A stretch of DNA of 64,000 nt from Longimicrobiales bacterium (GTDB taxonomy: Bacteria; Gemmatimonadota; Gemmatimonadetes; Longimicrobiales; RSA9). Where the stretch lies: NCBI GenBank assembly GCA_050732575.1, contig JBOHRF010000002.1, forward strand, positions 2,895 through 66,894, given 5' to 3'. Shown here one piece after another: positions 19,635 through 31,072 of this stretch. The position numbers and the translations under genes were made by a program. The first letter of the stretch is position 1; each line of letters opens with the position of its first letter. The notes beneath the pieces are model-generated. The model saw only the letters and a list, made by a program, of their open reading frames with translations. It searched no databases and had not been told where the DNA came from.

Positions 19635-19672
19635 GATTTCGTTCCTCGTACGCGTAACGCGTCACGCGTCAC

Positions 19673-20965
19673 TCAATGGAACTGCGCGGCCTCGGTCGAG
19701 CCTGCCAGGGCTGAGGTCGAAACATCATTGCCCGCCACGGCCAGCAAGACCTGATCGAAATAGCCAGCCCCGACTTCGCGCTGATGTTTGACTGCGGTAT
19801 AGCCGTTGGCTTCATGCGCAAACTCGAGATTCTGGATCGCCGTGTACGCGGGCATGCCTTGCTCAGCATACGCGCGCGCCAGCTCGAACGTGGCCAGGTT
19901 GTTGATGTGCCAGCCGGCCAGTGTGATGAACTGGAACTTGTAGCCCATGGCGCCCAGCTCAGTCTGGAACTTGGCGATGGTCGTGGCATCCAGGTTCTTC
20001 GACCAGTTGAACGAAGGCGAACAGTTGTAGGCCAGCAGTTTGTCGGGATGGCGCTCGTGGATGGCTTCCGCAAACTCTTTGGCTTCGGCCAGGTCGGGCT
20101 TGCTGGTCTCACACCAGACCAGGTCTGCGTAGGGAGCGTAGGCCAGCCCGCGCGCAATCGCGGCATCAATGCCATCGCGTACGCGGAAGTAGCCTTCGGC
20201 GGTGCGTTCACCGCTCAGGAACTCCCGATCGCGCGGATCGATGTCGCTGGTGAGCAGTGTAGCGGAGTTGGCGTCCGTGCGGGCTACCAACACGGTGGGC
20301 ACATCCATCACGTCACTGGCCAGGCGCGCAGCAATCAGGGTGCGCAGGAATTGCGAGGTGGGCACGAGCACTTTGCCGCCCAGGTGTCCACACTTCTTTT
20401 CACTGGCCAGCTGATCTTCGAAATGCACGCCCGCGGCACCGGCCGCAATCATTGATTTCATGAGCTCGAAGGCATGGAGGGGTCCACCAAAACCGGCTTC
20501 CGCATCCGCAACGATGGGAATCATCCAGTGTGTATCGCGCTTGCCCTCGGACCAGTCGATTTGATCGGCGCGCAGCAAGGCATTGTTCAGGCGTTGCACC
20601 AGGGCAGGCACGCTGTTCGACGGGTACAGGCTCTGGTCGGGATAGGTCTGGCCGGCCAGGTTCGCGTCACCGGCAACTTGCCAGCCGCTCAGGTAGATGG
20701 CATCGAGTCCGCCCCGCACCATTTGCACGGCCTGCGCGCCGGTCAGTGCACCGAACGTACGTACCAACTCGCGGTTGTTGAGCAGATACCAGAGCCGTTT
20801 GGCGCCGTGCCGCGCAATGGTGTGTTCAATGGCCAGCGAGCCACGCAGTTTGACAACGTCTTCGGCCGTATACGGTCGTTGCACGCCGGCCCAGCGCGAG
20901 TCCAGGGTCCAGCGTCGTTTCAGGTTCTCTACTTGTGCCATGAAGCTGCTGCCATTGCCCTGCAT
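19673..20965 (-). CDS. aceA: Isocitrate lyase
   Basis: Catalytic signature [11 protein letters not shown]. Full-length similarity pattern to ICL. Confidence 0.95.
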   Translation of the reverse strand: MQGNGSSFMAQVENLKRRWTLDSRWAGVQRPYTAEDVVKLRGSLAIEHTIARHGAKRLWYLLNNRELVRTFGALTGAQAVQMVRGGLDAIYLSGWQVAGDANLAGQTYPDQSLYPSNSVPALVQRLNNALLRADQIDWSEGKRDTHWMIPIVADAEAGFGGPLHAFELMKSMIAAGAAGVHFEDQLASEKKCGHLGGKVLVPTSQFLRTLIAARLASDVMDVPTVLVARTDANSATLLTSDIDPRDREFLSGERTAEGYFRVRDGIDAAIARGLAYAPYADLVWCETSKPDLAEAKEFAEAIHERHPDKLLAYNCSPSFNWSKNLDATTIAKFQTELGAMGYKFQFITLAGWHINNLATFELARAYAEQGMPAYTAIQNLEFAHEANGYTAVKHQREVGAGYFDQVLLAVAGNDVSTSALAGSTEAAQFH

Positions 20966-20975
20966 GGGGCCTCCA

Positions 20976-22571
20976 TCAGTCCAGGTGTTTGTAACCAGCG
21001 AGTGTGAGGAAAGGCACGAACTCCGCGCTGAGTACCAGCTCGTCGAGCAAGCGCGCCGCGTCGGCCAGGCGCGCTGCGCCGTCCTTGCGCGCGGCTTGCA
21101 GCCGAGCCAGCTGATCGGCGCGAAGTTCGTTGTACAATGCGCGCGTCAGAGGTGAGCCATCATCCAGTTGCGACCCGTGCACGCGCCATTGCCAGAGCTG
21201 CGCACGTGAGATCTCCGCGGTCGCCACGTCTTCCATGAGGTCGTGGATGGCTACTGCGCCTGTACCGCGCAGCCAGGCATCCAGGTAGACCAGCGCCACC
21301 TCGATGTTGGTGGCAACGCCAGCGCGCGTGATGTGACCGCCCGGGATACGCACGTCGAGCAGGTCGCGCGCCGTGATCTGGACATCGGCGCGCAGCACGT
21401 GCTTCTGGTGCGGCCGATCGCCCAGCGCGCGCTGAAACACCTCGCCGGCCACCGGCACCAGGTCCGGGTGCGCGACCCAGGTTCCGTCGAAGCCCTTGCC
21501 GCTCTCGCGCACTTTGTCTTCCCGCACTTTCGTGAGTGCGCGCTCGGTGACTTCGGCATCCCGTCGATTCGGGATGAAGGCGGCCATCCCGCCAAGGGCG
21601 TGGGCGCCGCGCCGATGACAGGTCTGCACCAGCAGGTCGGCGTACGCGCCCATGAAAGGCACGGCCATGGTGACCTGCGCGCGATCGGGCAGGACAAAAT
21701 CGGAGCGATGGGCAAATTTCTTGATCGTGGAGAAGATGTAGTCCCAGCGCCCCGCGTTGAGGCCGGCGGCATGCTCGCGCAGCTCGTAGAGGATTTCGTC
21801 CATCTCGAAGGCGGCCAGGATGGTTTCGATCAAAACCGTGGCCCGGATGGTGCCGCGCGGCACTTCCAGCGCGTCCTGCGCGAAGGTGAACACATCGTTC
21901 CACAGACGCGCTTCCAGATGGCTTTCCAGCTTGGGTAGGTAGAAATACGGGCCGGTGCCGCGTTCCAGCAGAGCGCGCACGTTGTGGAAGAAATAAAGCG
22001 CAAAATCGAACAGACTCGCTGAGACCGGCTCGCCCGTCACTGTGCAGTGCTTTTCAACCAGATGCCAGCCGCGCGGACGTACGACCAGCGTAGCAATCGT
22101 TGGATTGAGTCGATACTCCTTGCCGTCCGGACTGCGGAACGCCAGCTCACGACGCACAGCGTCCTGCAAGTTTGCCTGACCTTCTACAACATTCGACCAG
22201 GTAGGCGAAAGCGAATCTTCGAAGTCGGCCATGAAGACCTGCGCGCCTGAGTTGAGCGCGTTGATCATCATCTTGCGATCGACTGGACCCGTGATCTCGA
22301 CCCGCCGATCGTCCAGATCTTTGGGCGCAACCGCCACGCGCCATGCCGCTTCGCGTATGTGGCTCGTCTCGGGGAGAAAGGAGGGCAGCGCTCCGGATCG
22401 TAACGTTATTTGACGCTCGTCGCGCAGGCGCAACAGCTCTCGACGTCGCGGCTCAAACTCCTGATGCAGGCGAGCCACGAAGGAAAGCGCCTCCGGCGTC
22501 AGGACCCGGTCCGCTCCTTTCGGGTCTTCAGCGCCTGGCTGCGCAATCTCGAATACAGCGCCCGCATTCAA
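20976..22571 (-). CDS. aceB: Malate synthase A
   Basis: 531 aa with typical MSA blocks ([41 protein letters not shown]). Lies 10 nt upstream of aceA. Confidence 0.95.
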   Translation of the reverse strand: MNAGAVFEIAQPGAEDPKGADRVLTPEALSFVARLHQEFEPRRRELLRLRDERQITLRSGALPSFLPETSHIREAAWRVAVAPKDLDDRRVEITGPVDRKMMINALNSGAQVFMADFEDSLSPTWSNVVEGQANLQDAVRRELAFRSPDGKEYRLNPTIATLVVRPRGWHLVEKHCTVTGEPVSASLFDFALYFFHNVRALLERGTGPYFYLPKLESHLEARLWNDVFTFAQDALEVPRGTIRATVLIETILAAFEMDEILYELREHAAGLNAGRWDYIFSTIKKFAHRSDFVLPDRAQVTMAVPFMGAYADLLVQTCHRRGAHALGGMAAFIPNRRDAEVTERALTKVREDKVRESGKGFDGTWVAHPDLVPVAGEVFQRALGDRPHQKHVLRADVQITARDLLDVRIPGGHITRAGVATNIEVALVYLDAWLRGTGAVAIHDLMEDVATAEISRAQLWQWRVHGSQLDDGSPLTRALYNELRADQLARLQAARKDGAARLADAARLLDELVLSAEFVPFLTLAGYKHLD

Positions 22572-22747
22572 ACGTAGTCTCCCACTGGAAATCCTGAGCG
22601 GAGCGAGCCGCCTCGGCCCGGGGAGCGGGTCCGAGGCAGGCTGAACTCCACTTACGCACTTCCTGAAAGGGCAGACCGTATGCCAAACGGTCGCCCCGGC
22701 GAATCGTGCTCCAATGGCCTATTGAACTTTTCGCGCTGGAGCAACCC

Positions 22748-23100
22748 GTTGAACCGGATGAGTCGGATGATTCGGATGAACCGGGATGAACTGGATGAAC
22801 CGGGATGAACCGGGATGAACCGGGATGAAATCGGGAGTAACGGGAAGGAGGAAAGGCGGTAGTGGCTCGCAGTAGCCAGGACTCGAGTTGACTGTCCCGG
22901 GGTCAAGCCACTGTCAGTTTTTCGCTGCCCAGCGCGATACCCTCCCACGAATAAGCTCGCCCCCTTGGTGCTCCCGCCGTTCCCGACTTCACCGCCGGTA
23001 TACCGCATTCATCGGGTTCAACCGGTTCAACCGGGTTCATCCGATTCATCCGATTCATGCGACTCATCCGGTTCATCCGACTCGTCCGCTAAACCCGGTT
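22748..23100. repeat. Paired inverted arrays of 9-10 nt repeats (element A) upstream of aceB
   Basis: The left array, about 22748-22850, has units CGGATGAGT, CGGATGATT and CCGGGATGAA repeated. The right array, about 23007-23100, has complementary units GGTTCATCC, GATTCATCC and GGTTCAACC. The spacer is about 155 nt. Confidence 0.85.
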
Positions 23101-24020
23101 CACGCAAGCCGTTCCCAGTCCTCCGCCATGCGGCGACGTAGTGTGGCGTCGGGCAACCGGCCGAATCCGGCCCTGATATTGTCCTCGAGATGCCGCGGGT
23201 TAGAGGTGGCAGGAATCACGCACGTGACAGCCGGGTGTGACACGATGTATTTGAGAAAGATCTGACCCCAGCTGGCACAGTCGATTTCTACTGCCCACGC
23301 CGGCAACGGTTTGCCGCGCACACGAGCGAACATCTCTCCGCTCTCGAAGGGTCGATTGATCAGGACTGCGACGTTTTGGTCGGCTGCTACCGAGAGTAGG
23401 CGCTGCTCGGCGGCGCGCGTGGCCAGCGAGTAGTTGAATTGCACGAAGTCGATACCACCGCGTCGAATCAGTCGCTCCAGCGTGTCGAAGGCGCTCACCT
23501 GGTAGTGGGTGATGCCGACGTAACGCACGCGGCCTTCCTGTTTCCAGGAGCCCAACGTCTGCAGATGCGTGTCGACATCCAGCAGATTGTGCACTTGCAT
23601 GAGGTCCATGCGCCGCACACGCATGCGTTGGAAGGATTGATTCATCTGACGTATGCCGGCTTCGCGGCCCGAGGTCCAGACCTTGGTCGCATAGAACAGT
23701 GTGTCCGGCTGTGAGAGCCGGCCCGCCAGCTCGCCCAGGACAGACTCGGCCCGGCCGTACATAGGTGAGGAATCGACCAGGCGCGCGCCCGCAGCTGTGA
23801 ACTGGCGCAACACGCTGGCCAGTGGCTCGAGCGCCTGCGCTCCCGCCACGTCAAACGTTTGCCACGTTCCCAGTCCAATCACCGGGATGCGTTCGGTTGT
23901 AACCGGGATCCCGCGCTGGATCATCCGTTCTTGCTGTTGCAGCCAGAGCCATGCAGCGCCCAGCACGAAGCTGCGGCGCGTGAGGTCGGACGTGTTTGTA
24001 TTCCTTGCACTCTGACTCAT
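23100..24020 (-). CDS. Aldo/keto reductase with a Tat-like signal
   Basis: Start trimmed to ATG 24020 (MSQSARNTNTSDLTRRSFVLGAAWL). AKR blocks GLGTWQTFDV, DSSPMYGRAE and GITHYQ. Confidence 0.8.
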   Translation of the reverse strand: MSQSARNTNTSDLTRRSFVLGAAWLWLQQQERMIQRGIPVTTERIPVIGLGTWQTFDVAGAQALEPLASVLRQFTAAGARLVDSSPMYGRAESVLGELAGRLSQPDTLFYATKVWTSGREAGIRQMNQSFQRMRVRRMDLMQVHNLLDVDTHLQTLGSWKQEGRVRYVGITHYQVSAFDTLERLIRRGGIDFVQFNYSLATRAAEQRLLSVAADQNVAVLINRPFESGEMFARVRGKPLPAWAVEIDCASWGQIFLKYIVSHPAVTCVIPATSNPRHLEDNIRAGFGRLPDATLRRRMAEDWERLA

Positions 24021-24192
24021 ACACAAAGGCTCGCCTGAGCCGGCACCAGCCCACGGCCCCGCTGTTGTTTGCGGATTCTCTTTGGCGCGCAAGATAACGC
24101 GCGGCCTTCCATCGGCCATGACGCGCGGGGCCAATAGTAAAAGAAGCAAGGAATCAAAACAGGTCCGCATCTTGCCCCCGCCACGATGCCCG

Positions 24193-26157
24193 ATGAGTAC
24201 GACGTTTCGCGCACCTGTGCCGACCCGAGGCGATGGCGTTCTTCGGCGGCGGCTGCCTGTGGGCGCGGAGCTGGTCGGAACGGGCGTGCACTTTCGGGTT
24301 TGGGCGCCCGCCGCGCGGCAGGTCGAGGTCAACATCGAAGGTGGTCCCGCTTCGGGCCAGCAAGTTTTACTGGCACCCGAGGACAACGGCTATTTCAGTG
24401 GCAGCTGCCCGCATGCAGGCGCGGGCACGTTGTATCGGCTGCAGCTCGACCGCAATCGGTCTTATGCGGATCCTGCTTCTCGCTTTCAACCGCAAGGACC
24501 GCATGGCCCATCGGAAGTCATCGATGCTTCACGGTTTAGCTGGAACGATCATGATTGGCGCGGCCCACGGGTCGACCGCCCGCTGCTCTATGAGCTGCAT
24601 ATCGGCACGTTCACGCGCGTTGGCACCTGGACGGCCGCGTTTACGCGCCTGCCGCATCTGCGTGATCTGGGTGTCAACATCATCGAGATCATGCCCGTGG
24701 CCGATTTTCCCGGACGCTTTGGCTGGGGCTACGATGGCGTCAACCTGTACGCGCCTACTCGCCTATACGGACGTCCTGACGATTTTCGTCGCTTTGTCGA
24801 TGCGGCCCACGCATTGGGCATGGGTGTGATCCTCGACGTCGTGTACAACCATTTTGGGCCCGATGGTTGTGTGCTGGGCGAATTTGCGCGCGCCTATTTC
24901 TCGGACCGTCATGTTACTGACTGGGGCGCAGCCATCAATTTTGATGGACCAGACTCGGGATCCGTGCGCGAATACTTCGTGAGTAACGCCGGCTACTGGA
25001 TCAGCGAGTTTCATCTCGATGGCCTGCGCCTGGATGCCACGCAAAACATCTACGACACATCACGTCCAAGCATCATCACTCAGGTCGCGGCGCGCGTGCG
25101 CGAAGCGGCGGGTGCGCGTCGATCGTTTGTGGTCGCCGAGAATGAGACGCAACAAGCCTGGCTGCTGCGCGCACCCTCCGGTGGTGGTGCGGGCCTCGAT
25201 GCGCTGTGGAACGACGACTTCCATCATTCGGCGCGGGTCGCCATGACCGGTCGTGCGGAGGCGTATTACACGGATTATCGCGGCACGGCGCAGGAGTTGA
25301 TCTCGGCCTCGCGCTGGGGATTCCTTTATCAAGGGCAGTACTACAGCTGGCAGGACAAACCACGCGGCAGCCCGGTTGTTGACATTCCGCTGACCCGGTT
25401 CGTGCACTACCTGCAAAATCATGATCAGGTGGCCAATTCGCGAACGGGCGAGCGGCTGCATCAGATCACGAGTCCCGGGCGCTGGCGCGCCATGACTGCG
25501 TTGCTGCTGCTCGGACCCGCTTCACCCATGCTGTTTCAGGGGCAGGAATTCGCGGCCTCCGCGCCCTTCCTGTTCTTTGCCGACCACCAACCGGAGCTGG
25601 CTCGGCAAGTGCGCCAAGGACGGAGAGCCTTCCTGAGTCAGTTCGCGAGCCTGGCCACATCGGAAGCGCAGGCATTGCTGCCCGATCCCATGGACGATCA
25701 AGTGTTCGAGAAAAGCCGGCTGGACTGGGCGGAGCTCGAACGCAACCAGCTCACGCTGGCGTTGCACCGAGACCTGATACGCCTGGCACGTTTGGATCCT
25801 GCATTGCAGCGGCGCGAGCGAAACATGGTGCAGGGTGCAACGCTCTCAGAAGAGTGCCTGGCCCTGCGTTTCTCGGGACACATTGGCAACGATCGTTTGC
25901 TGTTGGTCAATCTGGGTCGTCAGCTCACGTTCGTGCCCGCTCCAGAACCGTTGCTGGCGCCGCCCGCCTTGCGCGAATGGCGTTTGCAATGGTCCTCCGA
26001 ATCACCGCAGTATGGCGGTGCCGGCACACCGCCCGTCGAGCGCCAGGATGGTTGGCACATTCCCGCCGAATGTGCGGTAGTCCTGGCTGCCCGCGCGCGT
26101 TTGCCCATGACGCCCGGCCATACTGTGCTTCCGCCCTTCCGCAAACCGCTGTCGTGA
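24193..26157 (+). CDS. treZ: Malto-oligosyltrehalose trehalohydrolase (GH13)
   Basis: GVHFRVWAP, GYDGV, ILDVVYNHFGPDG, GLRLDA, VVAENE and WNDDFHH blocks. Start trimmed to ATG 24193. Confidence 0.85.
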   Translation: MSTTFRAPVPTRGDGVLRRRLPVGAELVGTGVHFRVWAPAARQVEVNIEGGPASGQQVLLAPEDNGYFSGSCPHAGAGTLYRLQLDRNRSYADPASRFQPQGPHGPSEVIDASRFSWNDHDWRGPRVDRPLLYELHIGTFTRVGTWTAAFTRLPHLRDLGVNIIEIMPVADFPGRFGWGYDGVNLYAPTRLYGRPDDFRRFVDAAHALGMGVILDVVYNHFGPDGCVLGEFARAYFSDRHVTDWGAAINFDGPDSGSVREYFVSNAGYWISEFHLDGLRLDATQNIYDTSRPSIITQVAARVREAAGARRSFVVAENETQQAWLLRAPSGGGAGLDALWNDDFHHSARVAMTGRAEAYYTDYRGTAQELISASRWGFLYQGQYYSWQDKPRGSPVVDIPLTRFVHYLQNHDQVANSRTGERLHQITSPGRWRAMTALLLLGPASPMLFQGQEFAASAPFLFFADHQPELARQVRQGRRAFLSQFASLATSEAQALLPDPMDDQVFEKSRLDWAELERNQLTLALHRDLIRLARLDPALQRRERNMVQGATLSEECLALRFSGHIGNDRLLLVNLGRQLTFVPAPEPLLAPPALREWRLQWSSESPQYGGAGTPPVERQDGWHIPAECAVVLAARARLPMTPGHTVLPPFRKPLS

Positions 26158-28238
26158 CCCGGAGACGCGTGGCCTGGTCACCGAATGATGGTGAAGATGC
26201 CCTGGTCACGCGGGAATGGCTGGTCACCAACGGACGCGGTGGCTACGCGTCAAGTACGGTGGCGGGAGCCGCCACTCGCCGCTATCACGGATTGCTGATT
26301 GCCGCGCTGCCGGCACCGCTTGGCCGCACGGTAATGCTCAATCATCTGGTGGAGGAACTTCGACTGCCCGATGGCACACATGTGCCCCTGGGCTGCCGCG
26401 AAGATCATCACGGTCTGCACGTCGAGTGTGCTTCCTGGCTGCGTGAGTTCTGGCTCGAAGATGGATTGCCCGTTTGGCGCTTCGAAGTCGATGACTGCGC
26501 GCTGGAAAAACGCGTGCTCATGCCGCACCGCCAGAACACGGTGTTCCTGCACTACCGCTTGCTGACCGGCTCGCGCCCCGCCCGCTTGCGGTTGCGGCCT
26601 TCCGTACACTTTCGTCCGCATGAAGCACCGGTCAGCACGCCATTGCACGAGCCGCACACCATCCGCATTGTCGAACATCGCTACGAGCTGAGTGGTAATC
26701 CTGCGCTGCCACCACTACGCCTGCGCACATTCAGCTCAACGTCACTACCCGCATTCGTCATCGATACGCATGTGCTCGAGCAAATCGCATATCGCACAGA
26801 AGCAGGACGTGGCTACGAGTCCACGGGCGAGCTCTGGTCGCCAGGCTATTTCCGGGCCGACCTGGCGCCCGGTGGTGAAGTCGCGCTGGTGGCATCGGTC
26901 GAGGAGTGGGACGTGATTGATGCACTGGATGCGTCCAGTGCGTTTGCTGCCGAGCACGATCGGCGCGGCCGTCTGCTGGCGCTCGCGCCCCGAACCGAGG
27001 ACCCACTGCTCGATGAGCTGGTCCTGGCCGCCGACCAGTTTGTCATCTCACCCTCCGGCCGCGTGGAAGACGCGGCGCGCGCGCAAGCCGCAGGCGAGGA
27101 ATTGCGCACCGTGATCGCCGGGTACCACTGGTTCACCGACTGGGGCCGCGACACCATGATTTCGCTGGAAGGCCTGACCCTCTGCACGGGCCGCATGCGC
27201 GAAGCCGCCTTCGTGCTGCGCACCTTCGCGCATTATGTGCGCGACGGACTCATACCCAACATGTTCCCCGATCACGCCGTGGAGGGTCTGTACCACACCG
27301 CAGACGCCACCCTCTGGTATTTCCACGCCATCGATCGTTATCTCACATACACGGGTGATCGTTATACGCTCGACTTTCTGTTGCCGCGGCTGTTTGACAT
27401 CGTCCAGCACCATATGAACGGTACACGATTCGGCATTGGTGTGGATCCGAGAGACGGTCTGCTCGGCCAGGGTGCGGACGGGTATCAGCTGACCTGGATG
27501 GATGCCAAGGTGGACGGCTGGGTGGTCACACCACGGCGCGGCAAAGCCGTTGAGATCAATGCGCTGTGGTACAATGCGCTGCGCCTGCTCGAGCAGTGGT
27601 CGCGCACGGCGGGGCTGCACAACGAAGCGGATCGACTTTCCGATCAGGCCGAACGAGCGTATCAGTCGTTCAATCGGCGCTTCTGGTTTGCCGGCGGCGG
27701 TTACCTCTATGACGTCGTGGATGGCGAAAACGGAAATGATCCGGCCTGCCGACCCAATCAAGTCCTGGCCATCGCGCTGCGTTATCCGGTGCTGGACTCC
27801 GATCGCTGGCACAGTGTGATGCAGGTCGTGCGCGAGCAGTTACTCACTCCGTTCGGACTGCGCAGCCTTTCGCCTTTGCACCCTGATTACAAGCCGCGTT
27901 ACTTCGGCGACCTGCGTGCGCGTGATGCGGCCTACCACCAGGGCACGGTCTGGGCCTGGCTGATCGGTCCCTACGTGGATGCCTGGTTGAAGCTGCACCC
28001 GGAAGATTCCGCCGGTGTGCGGCAGTTGTTGGCCGCGTTCGACGATCACCTGAACGATTTCGGCACAGGCTCGATTGCTGAAATCTTCGATGCCGAGCCG
28101 CCCTTCACAGCGCGCGGCTGCATCGCGCAGGCCTGGAGCGTAGCGGAGGTGCTGCGCTGCCTGGTCAAGCTGGCCAACTGGCATGGCCCTACCCTGGAGT
28201 CCAACGAAATGGCCGCCGCGAGTCATAGCGCGCCCTGA
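26154..28238 (+). CDS. Glycogen debranching enzyme (amylo-alpha-1,6-glucosidase family)
   Basis: REWLVTNGRGGYASSTVAGAATRRYHGLL N-terminal domain and a C-terminal GDE (alpha/alpha)6 region. GTG 26154 overlaps the treZ stop (GTGA). Confidence 0.85.
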   Translation: MTRRRVAWSPNDGEDALVTREWLVTNGRGGYASSTVAGAATRRYHGLLIAALPAPLGRTVMLNHLVEELRLPDGTHVPLGCREDHHGLHVECASWLREFWLEDGLPVWRFEVDDCALEKRVLMPHRQNTVFLHYRLLTGSRPARLRLRPSVHFRPHEAPVSTPLHEPHTIRIVEHRYELSGNPALPPLRLRTFSSTSLPAFVIDTHVLEQIAYRTEAGRGYESTGELWSPGYFRADLAPGGEVALVASVEEWDVIDALDASSAFAAEHDRRGRLLALAPRTEDPLLDELVLAADQFVISPSGRVEDAARAQAAGEELRTVIAGYHWFTDWGRDTMISLEGLTLCTGRMREAAFVLRTFAHYVRDGLIPNMFPDHAVEGLYHTADATLWYFHAIDRYLTYTGDRYTLDFLLPRLFDIVQHHMNGTRFGIGVDPRDGLLGQGADGYQLTWMDAKVDGWVVTPRRGKAVEINALWYNALRLLEQWSRTAGLHNEADRLSDQAERAYQSFNRRFWFAGGGYLYDVVDGENGNDPACRPNQVLAIALRYPVLDSDRWHSVMQVVREQLLTPFGLRSLSPLHPDYKPRYFGDLRARDAAYHQGTVWAWLIGPYVDAWLKLHPEDSAGVRQLLAAFDDHLNDFGTGSIAEIFDAEPPFTARGCIAQAWSVAEVLRCLVKLANWHGPTLESNEMAAASHSAP

Positions 28239-28306
28239 CCTGCCATTGTGTGACGCCTGCGCGTTGGAAAGATTGAGCACACACACTACCGCAACCGCAG
28301 GACTGG

Positions 28307-29293
28307 ATGCGCAGATCACCAGGCTTTCATCAGCTGAGGTCCCTCGCCGTTGGCCTCGCCTTTTTGTGGGCGTCGGGTTGTGCGGATGCGTCTCGGCAGG
28401 AGAACGGCACACGGGCCAACCTTCGCATTGCCATGGTCACTCATGGGCAGTCGGCCGATCCGTTCTGGTCAGTAGTGGCCAACGGTGCACGCGCAGCGGC
28501 GGCCGACCTGGGCGTGCGTGTGGACTATCAAGCACCCACCCGCTTCGACATGGTGGAGCTCAGCCAGATGATCGATGCGGTGGTCGCAACGCGGCCCAGT
28601 GGGTTGATCGTCTCGATTCCGGATGCAGCAGCGCTTTCCGCTTCCATCGACCGAGCTGTGAAGGCAGGTATCCCGATCGTGTCCATCAACTCCGGAGGAG
28701 ACGTAGCGCGCTCATTGGGTGTGCTGGCACACGTGGGCCAGTCGGAGTACGATGCCGGATTCGCGGCGGGCGAGCGATTGGGTGCAGCGCGCGTGCGTCA
28801 CACCTTGTGCGTGAATCATGAGGTGGGCAACAACGCGCTGGATCAACGTTGCGCCGGCTTGGGCGCGGGGTTAGCGCCCACCGGCGGTCGCATGCGTGTT
28901 TTGGCGGTGGAGTTGGCCGATCCGGATGATGCGCAGCAGCGCGTGGCGGGCGCACTGCGTGCCGATACCACACTGGATGCGGTGTTGACCCTGGCCACCT
29001 CGGGAGCGGAGCCGACGCTGGCGGCTCTGCAACTATTGGGTCGCGCCGGTGTTCGCTTCGCTACCTTCGATCTATCGCCGCGTGTGCTGGAGGCCGTGCG
29101 CGACGGTCGCGCCGAGTTTGCCATCGATCAACAGCAGTATCTGCAAGGTTATCTGCCCGTCGTGCTGCTCACGAAATACCTCGAGACGCTGACCCTGCCC
29201 GGTGGCGGCCGCATCATTGCGACCGGACCGGGGTTCGTCACCAGGGACGTGGCCGCGCAGGTGATCGACCTTTCCGCTCGTGGCATCCGCTGA
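28307..29293 (+). CDS. Sugar ABC transporter substrate-binding lipoprotein
   Basis: Lipobox FLWASGC. Periplasmic-binding-protein type I pattern ([25 protein letters not shown]...IVSINSG). Confidence 0.8.
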   Translation: MRRSPGFHQLRSLAVGLAFLWASGCADASRQENGTRANLRIAMVTHGQSADPFWSVVANGARAAAADLGVRVDYQAPTRFDMVELSQMIDAVVATRPSGLIVSIPDAAALSASIDRAVKAGIPIVSINSGGDVARSLGVLAHVGQSEYDAGFAAGERLGAARVRHTLCVNHEVGNNALDQRCAGLGAGLAPTGGRMRVLAVELADPDDAQQRVAGALRADTTLDAVLTLATSGAEPTLAALQLLGRAGVRFATFDLSPRVLEAVRDGRAEFAIDQQQYLQGYLPVVLLTKYLETLTLPGGGRIIATGPGFVTRDVAAQVIDLSARGIR

Positions 29294-30278
29294 CTCCCCG
29301 CGCTGGCACGCTCTTGCAGCCGCGCTGCCCGCGCTGGGCGGCGCACTGTTCGTTTGGCTGCTCTTCGCGCTGCTGGCAGGTGCGCCGTTCGTAGGTAGTC
29401 AGGGCCTGGCGGCTTACCTCAACGCGGCCGCGCCCATTGGCATTCTGGCGGTGCCCGTGGCGCTGCTCATGATCGCAGGCGAGTTCGATCTCTCCATCGG
29501 CTCCATCATCGGTCTGTGCAGCATGACGCAGATGCTGCTCGTGGTGGAGGCAGGCTGGCCGCTCGGACCCGCGCTGCTGGCCAGCGCGGCATTGGCCGTA
29601 GGCATCGGTCTGACCAACGGACTCATCGTAGTGCGCACCGGCTTGCCATCGTTCCTGGTCACACTGGCCACGCTCTTCATGGCGCGCGGTTTGACCATCG
29701 CCGTCACTCGCCTTGTGACCGGTCGCACGCAACTGGGTGGTCTGCATCAGCACGAAGATGCCGGTTGGGCAGATGTGCTCTTCGGCACCGACCTCATCGG
29801 CAATGTCCAGCTGTCCGTGGTCTGGTGGATCCTGCTGGCCGGGCTGGGCAGCTGGTGCTTGCTGCGCACCCGCTTCGGTAACTGGATTCTGGCCAGCGGT
29901 GGCGCATCCGAGGCCGCGCGCAACAGCGGTGTGCCCGTGGCGCGCGTCAAAGTTTCGTTGTTCGTGTGCACGGCGCTGGCCGCAGCGCTGGTCGCCACGC
30001 TGCAGGTAGTGCGCTACGATGGCGCCGATGCACTGCGTGGTGAGCTGCAGGAATTCCGCGCCATCATTGCCGTAGTCATAGGCGGCACGCTGCTCACCGG
30101 CGGCTACGGCTCGGTGCTGGGCTCTACACTGGGCGCGCTCATTTTCGGGATGGTGCAGCAGGGCATTGTACTCACCGGCGCCAACGCCGACTGGTTCCAG
30201 GTGTTGCTGGGCGCGCTGCTGCTGGCAGCCGTACTCGCCAACCACACGCTGCACAAGCGCATGCAAGTGCGCGCATGA
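29280..30278 (+). CDS. Sugar ABC transporter permease
   Basis: Multi-TM protein of the ribose/xylose-type permease pattern. Overlaps the neighbouring genes on both sides. Confidence 0.8.
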   Translation: MASADSPRWHALAAALPALGGALFVWLLFALLAGAPFVGSQGLAAYLNAAAPIGILAVPVALLMIAGEFDLSIGSIIGLCSMTQMLLVVEAGWPLGPALLASAALAVGIGLTNGLIVVRTGLPSFLVTLATLFMARGLTIAVTRLVTGRTQLGGLHQHEDAGWADVLFGTDLIGNVQLSVVWWILLAGLGSWCLLRTRFGNWILASGGASEAARNSGVPVARVKVSLFVCTALAAALVATLQVVRYDGADALRGELQEFRAIIAVVIGGTLLTGGYGSVLGSTLGALIFGMVQQGIVLTGANADWFQVLLGALLLAAVLANHTLHKRMQVRA

Positions 30279-31003
30279 GTGTGCTCCAAGCGCGCGCCAT
30301 CTCACGCGCGTATGGCCCCGTGCAGGCCCTGGAGCAGGTCTCGCTCACGCTGGATGCAGGCACCATCACCTGCCTCATGGGCGACAATGGCGCGGGCAAG
30401 TCCACGCTCGTGCGTATCCTGTCCGGCGCCAGCCAGCCGACCAGTGGAACTCTGCTGCTCGATGAGCAGACTGTGTTCTTTGATCGTCCGGCCACGGCAC
30501 GCGGACACGGCGTAATCACTGTGTACCAGGATCTGGCCCTGGCGCCACTCATGAGCGTCTGGCGCAATTTCGTGCTGGGCGCCGAGCCCGTGCACGGCCG
30601 TTGGATCAGGAGCCTCGACGTGCGCGGGGCGCGCGTTCGAGCGCGCGCCGAACTCGAGCGCTTCCAGCTTTCCATCGATGTCGATCGGCCCGTGCGCGAA
30701 CTCTCGGGCGGCGAACGCCAGGTCCTGGCCATTGCGCGCGCCATCAACCTGGGCGCGCGTGTGCTCATCCTGGATGAGCCTACCGCGGCGCTGGCCGTGA
30801 CCCAGGTCGAGCGCGTGTTGGCCGCCATCACCGAGGCGCGCAGCCGAGGCACCGCCATCCTGCTGGTGACCCACAATCCACAACACGCGCTGGCCTGCGC
30901 CGATCGCATCATCGTGCTGCAGCTCGGACGCGTGGTCGCCGCGCCCGACCCACACGCGATCGATGCCACTCAGCTGACTCGCGCCATCGTAGCGCCTTCA
31001 TGA
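30275..31003 (+). CDS. ABC transporter ATP-binding protein (single NBD)
   Basis: Walker A GDNGAGKST, signature LSGGERQ, Walker B ILILDEPT. ATGA overlap with the permease stop. Confidence 0.9.
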   Translation: MSVLQARAISRAYGPVQALEQVSLTLDAGTITCLMGDNGAGKSTLVRILSGASQPTSGTLLLDEQTVFFDRPATARGHGVITVYQDLALAPLMSVWRNFVLGAEPVHGRWIRSLDVRGARVRARAELERFQLSIDVDRPVRELSGGERQVLAIARAINLGARVLILDEPTAALAVTQVERVLAAITEARSRGTAILLVTHNPQHALACADRIIVLQLGRVVAAPDPHAIDATQLTRAIVAPS

Positions 31004-31009
31004 ATCCAA

Positions 31010-31048
31010 ATACCCAAAAACAAAAAGAGGCCGGGTCGCCCCGGCCTC
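31010..31048 (-). terminator. Intrinsic terminator
   Basis: The minus strand reads GAGGCCGGG-gcga-CCCGGCCTC followed by TTTTTGTTTTTGGG. It lies directly after the stop of 31073..31255. Confidence 0.7.
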
Positions 31049-31072
31049 CTGTCCAGCCATTCTTCTGCGATC

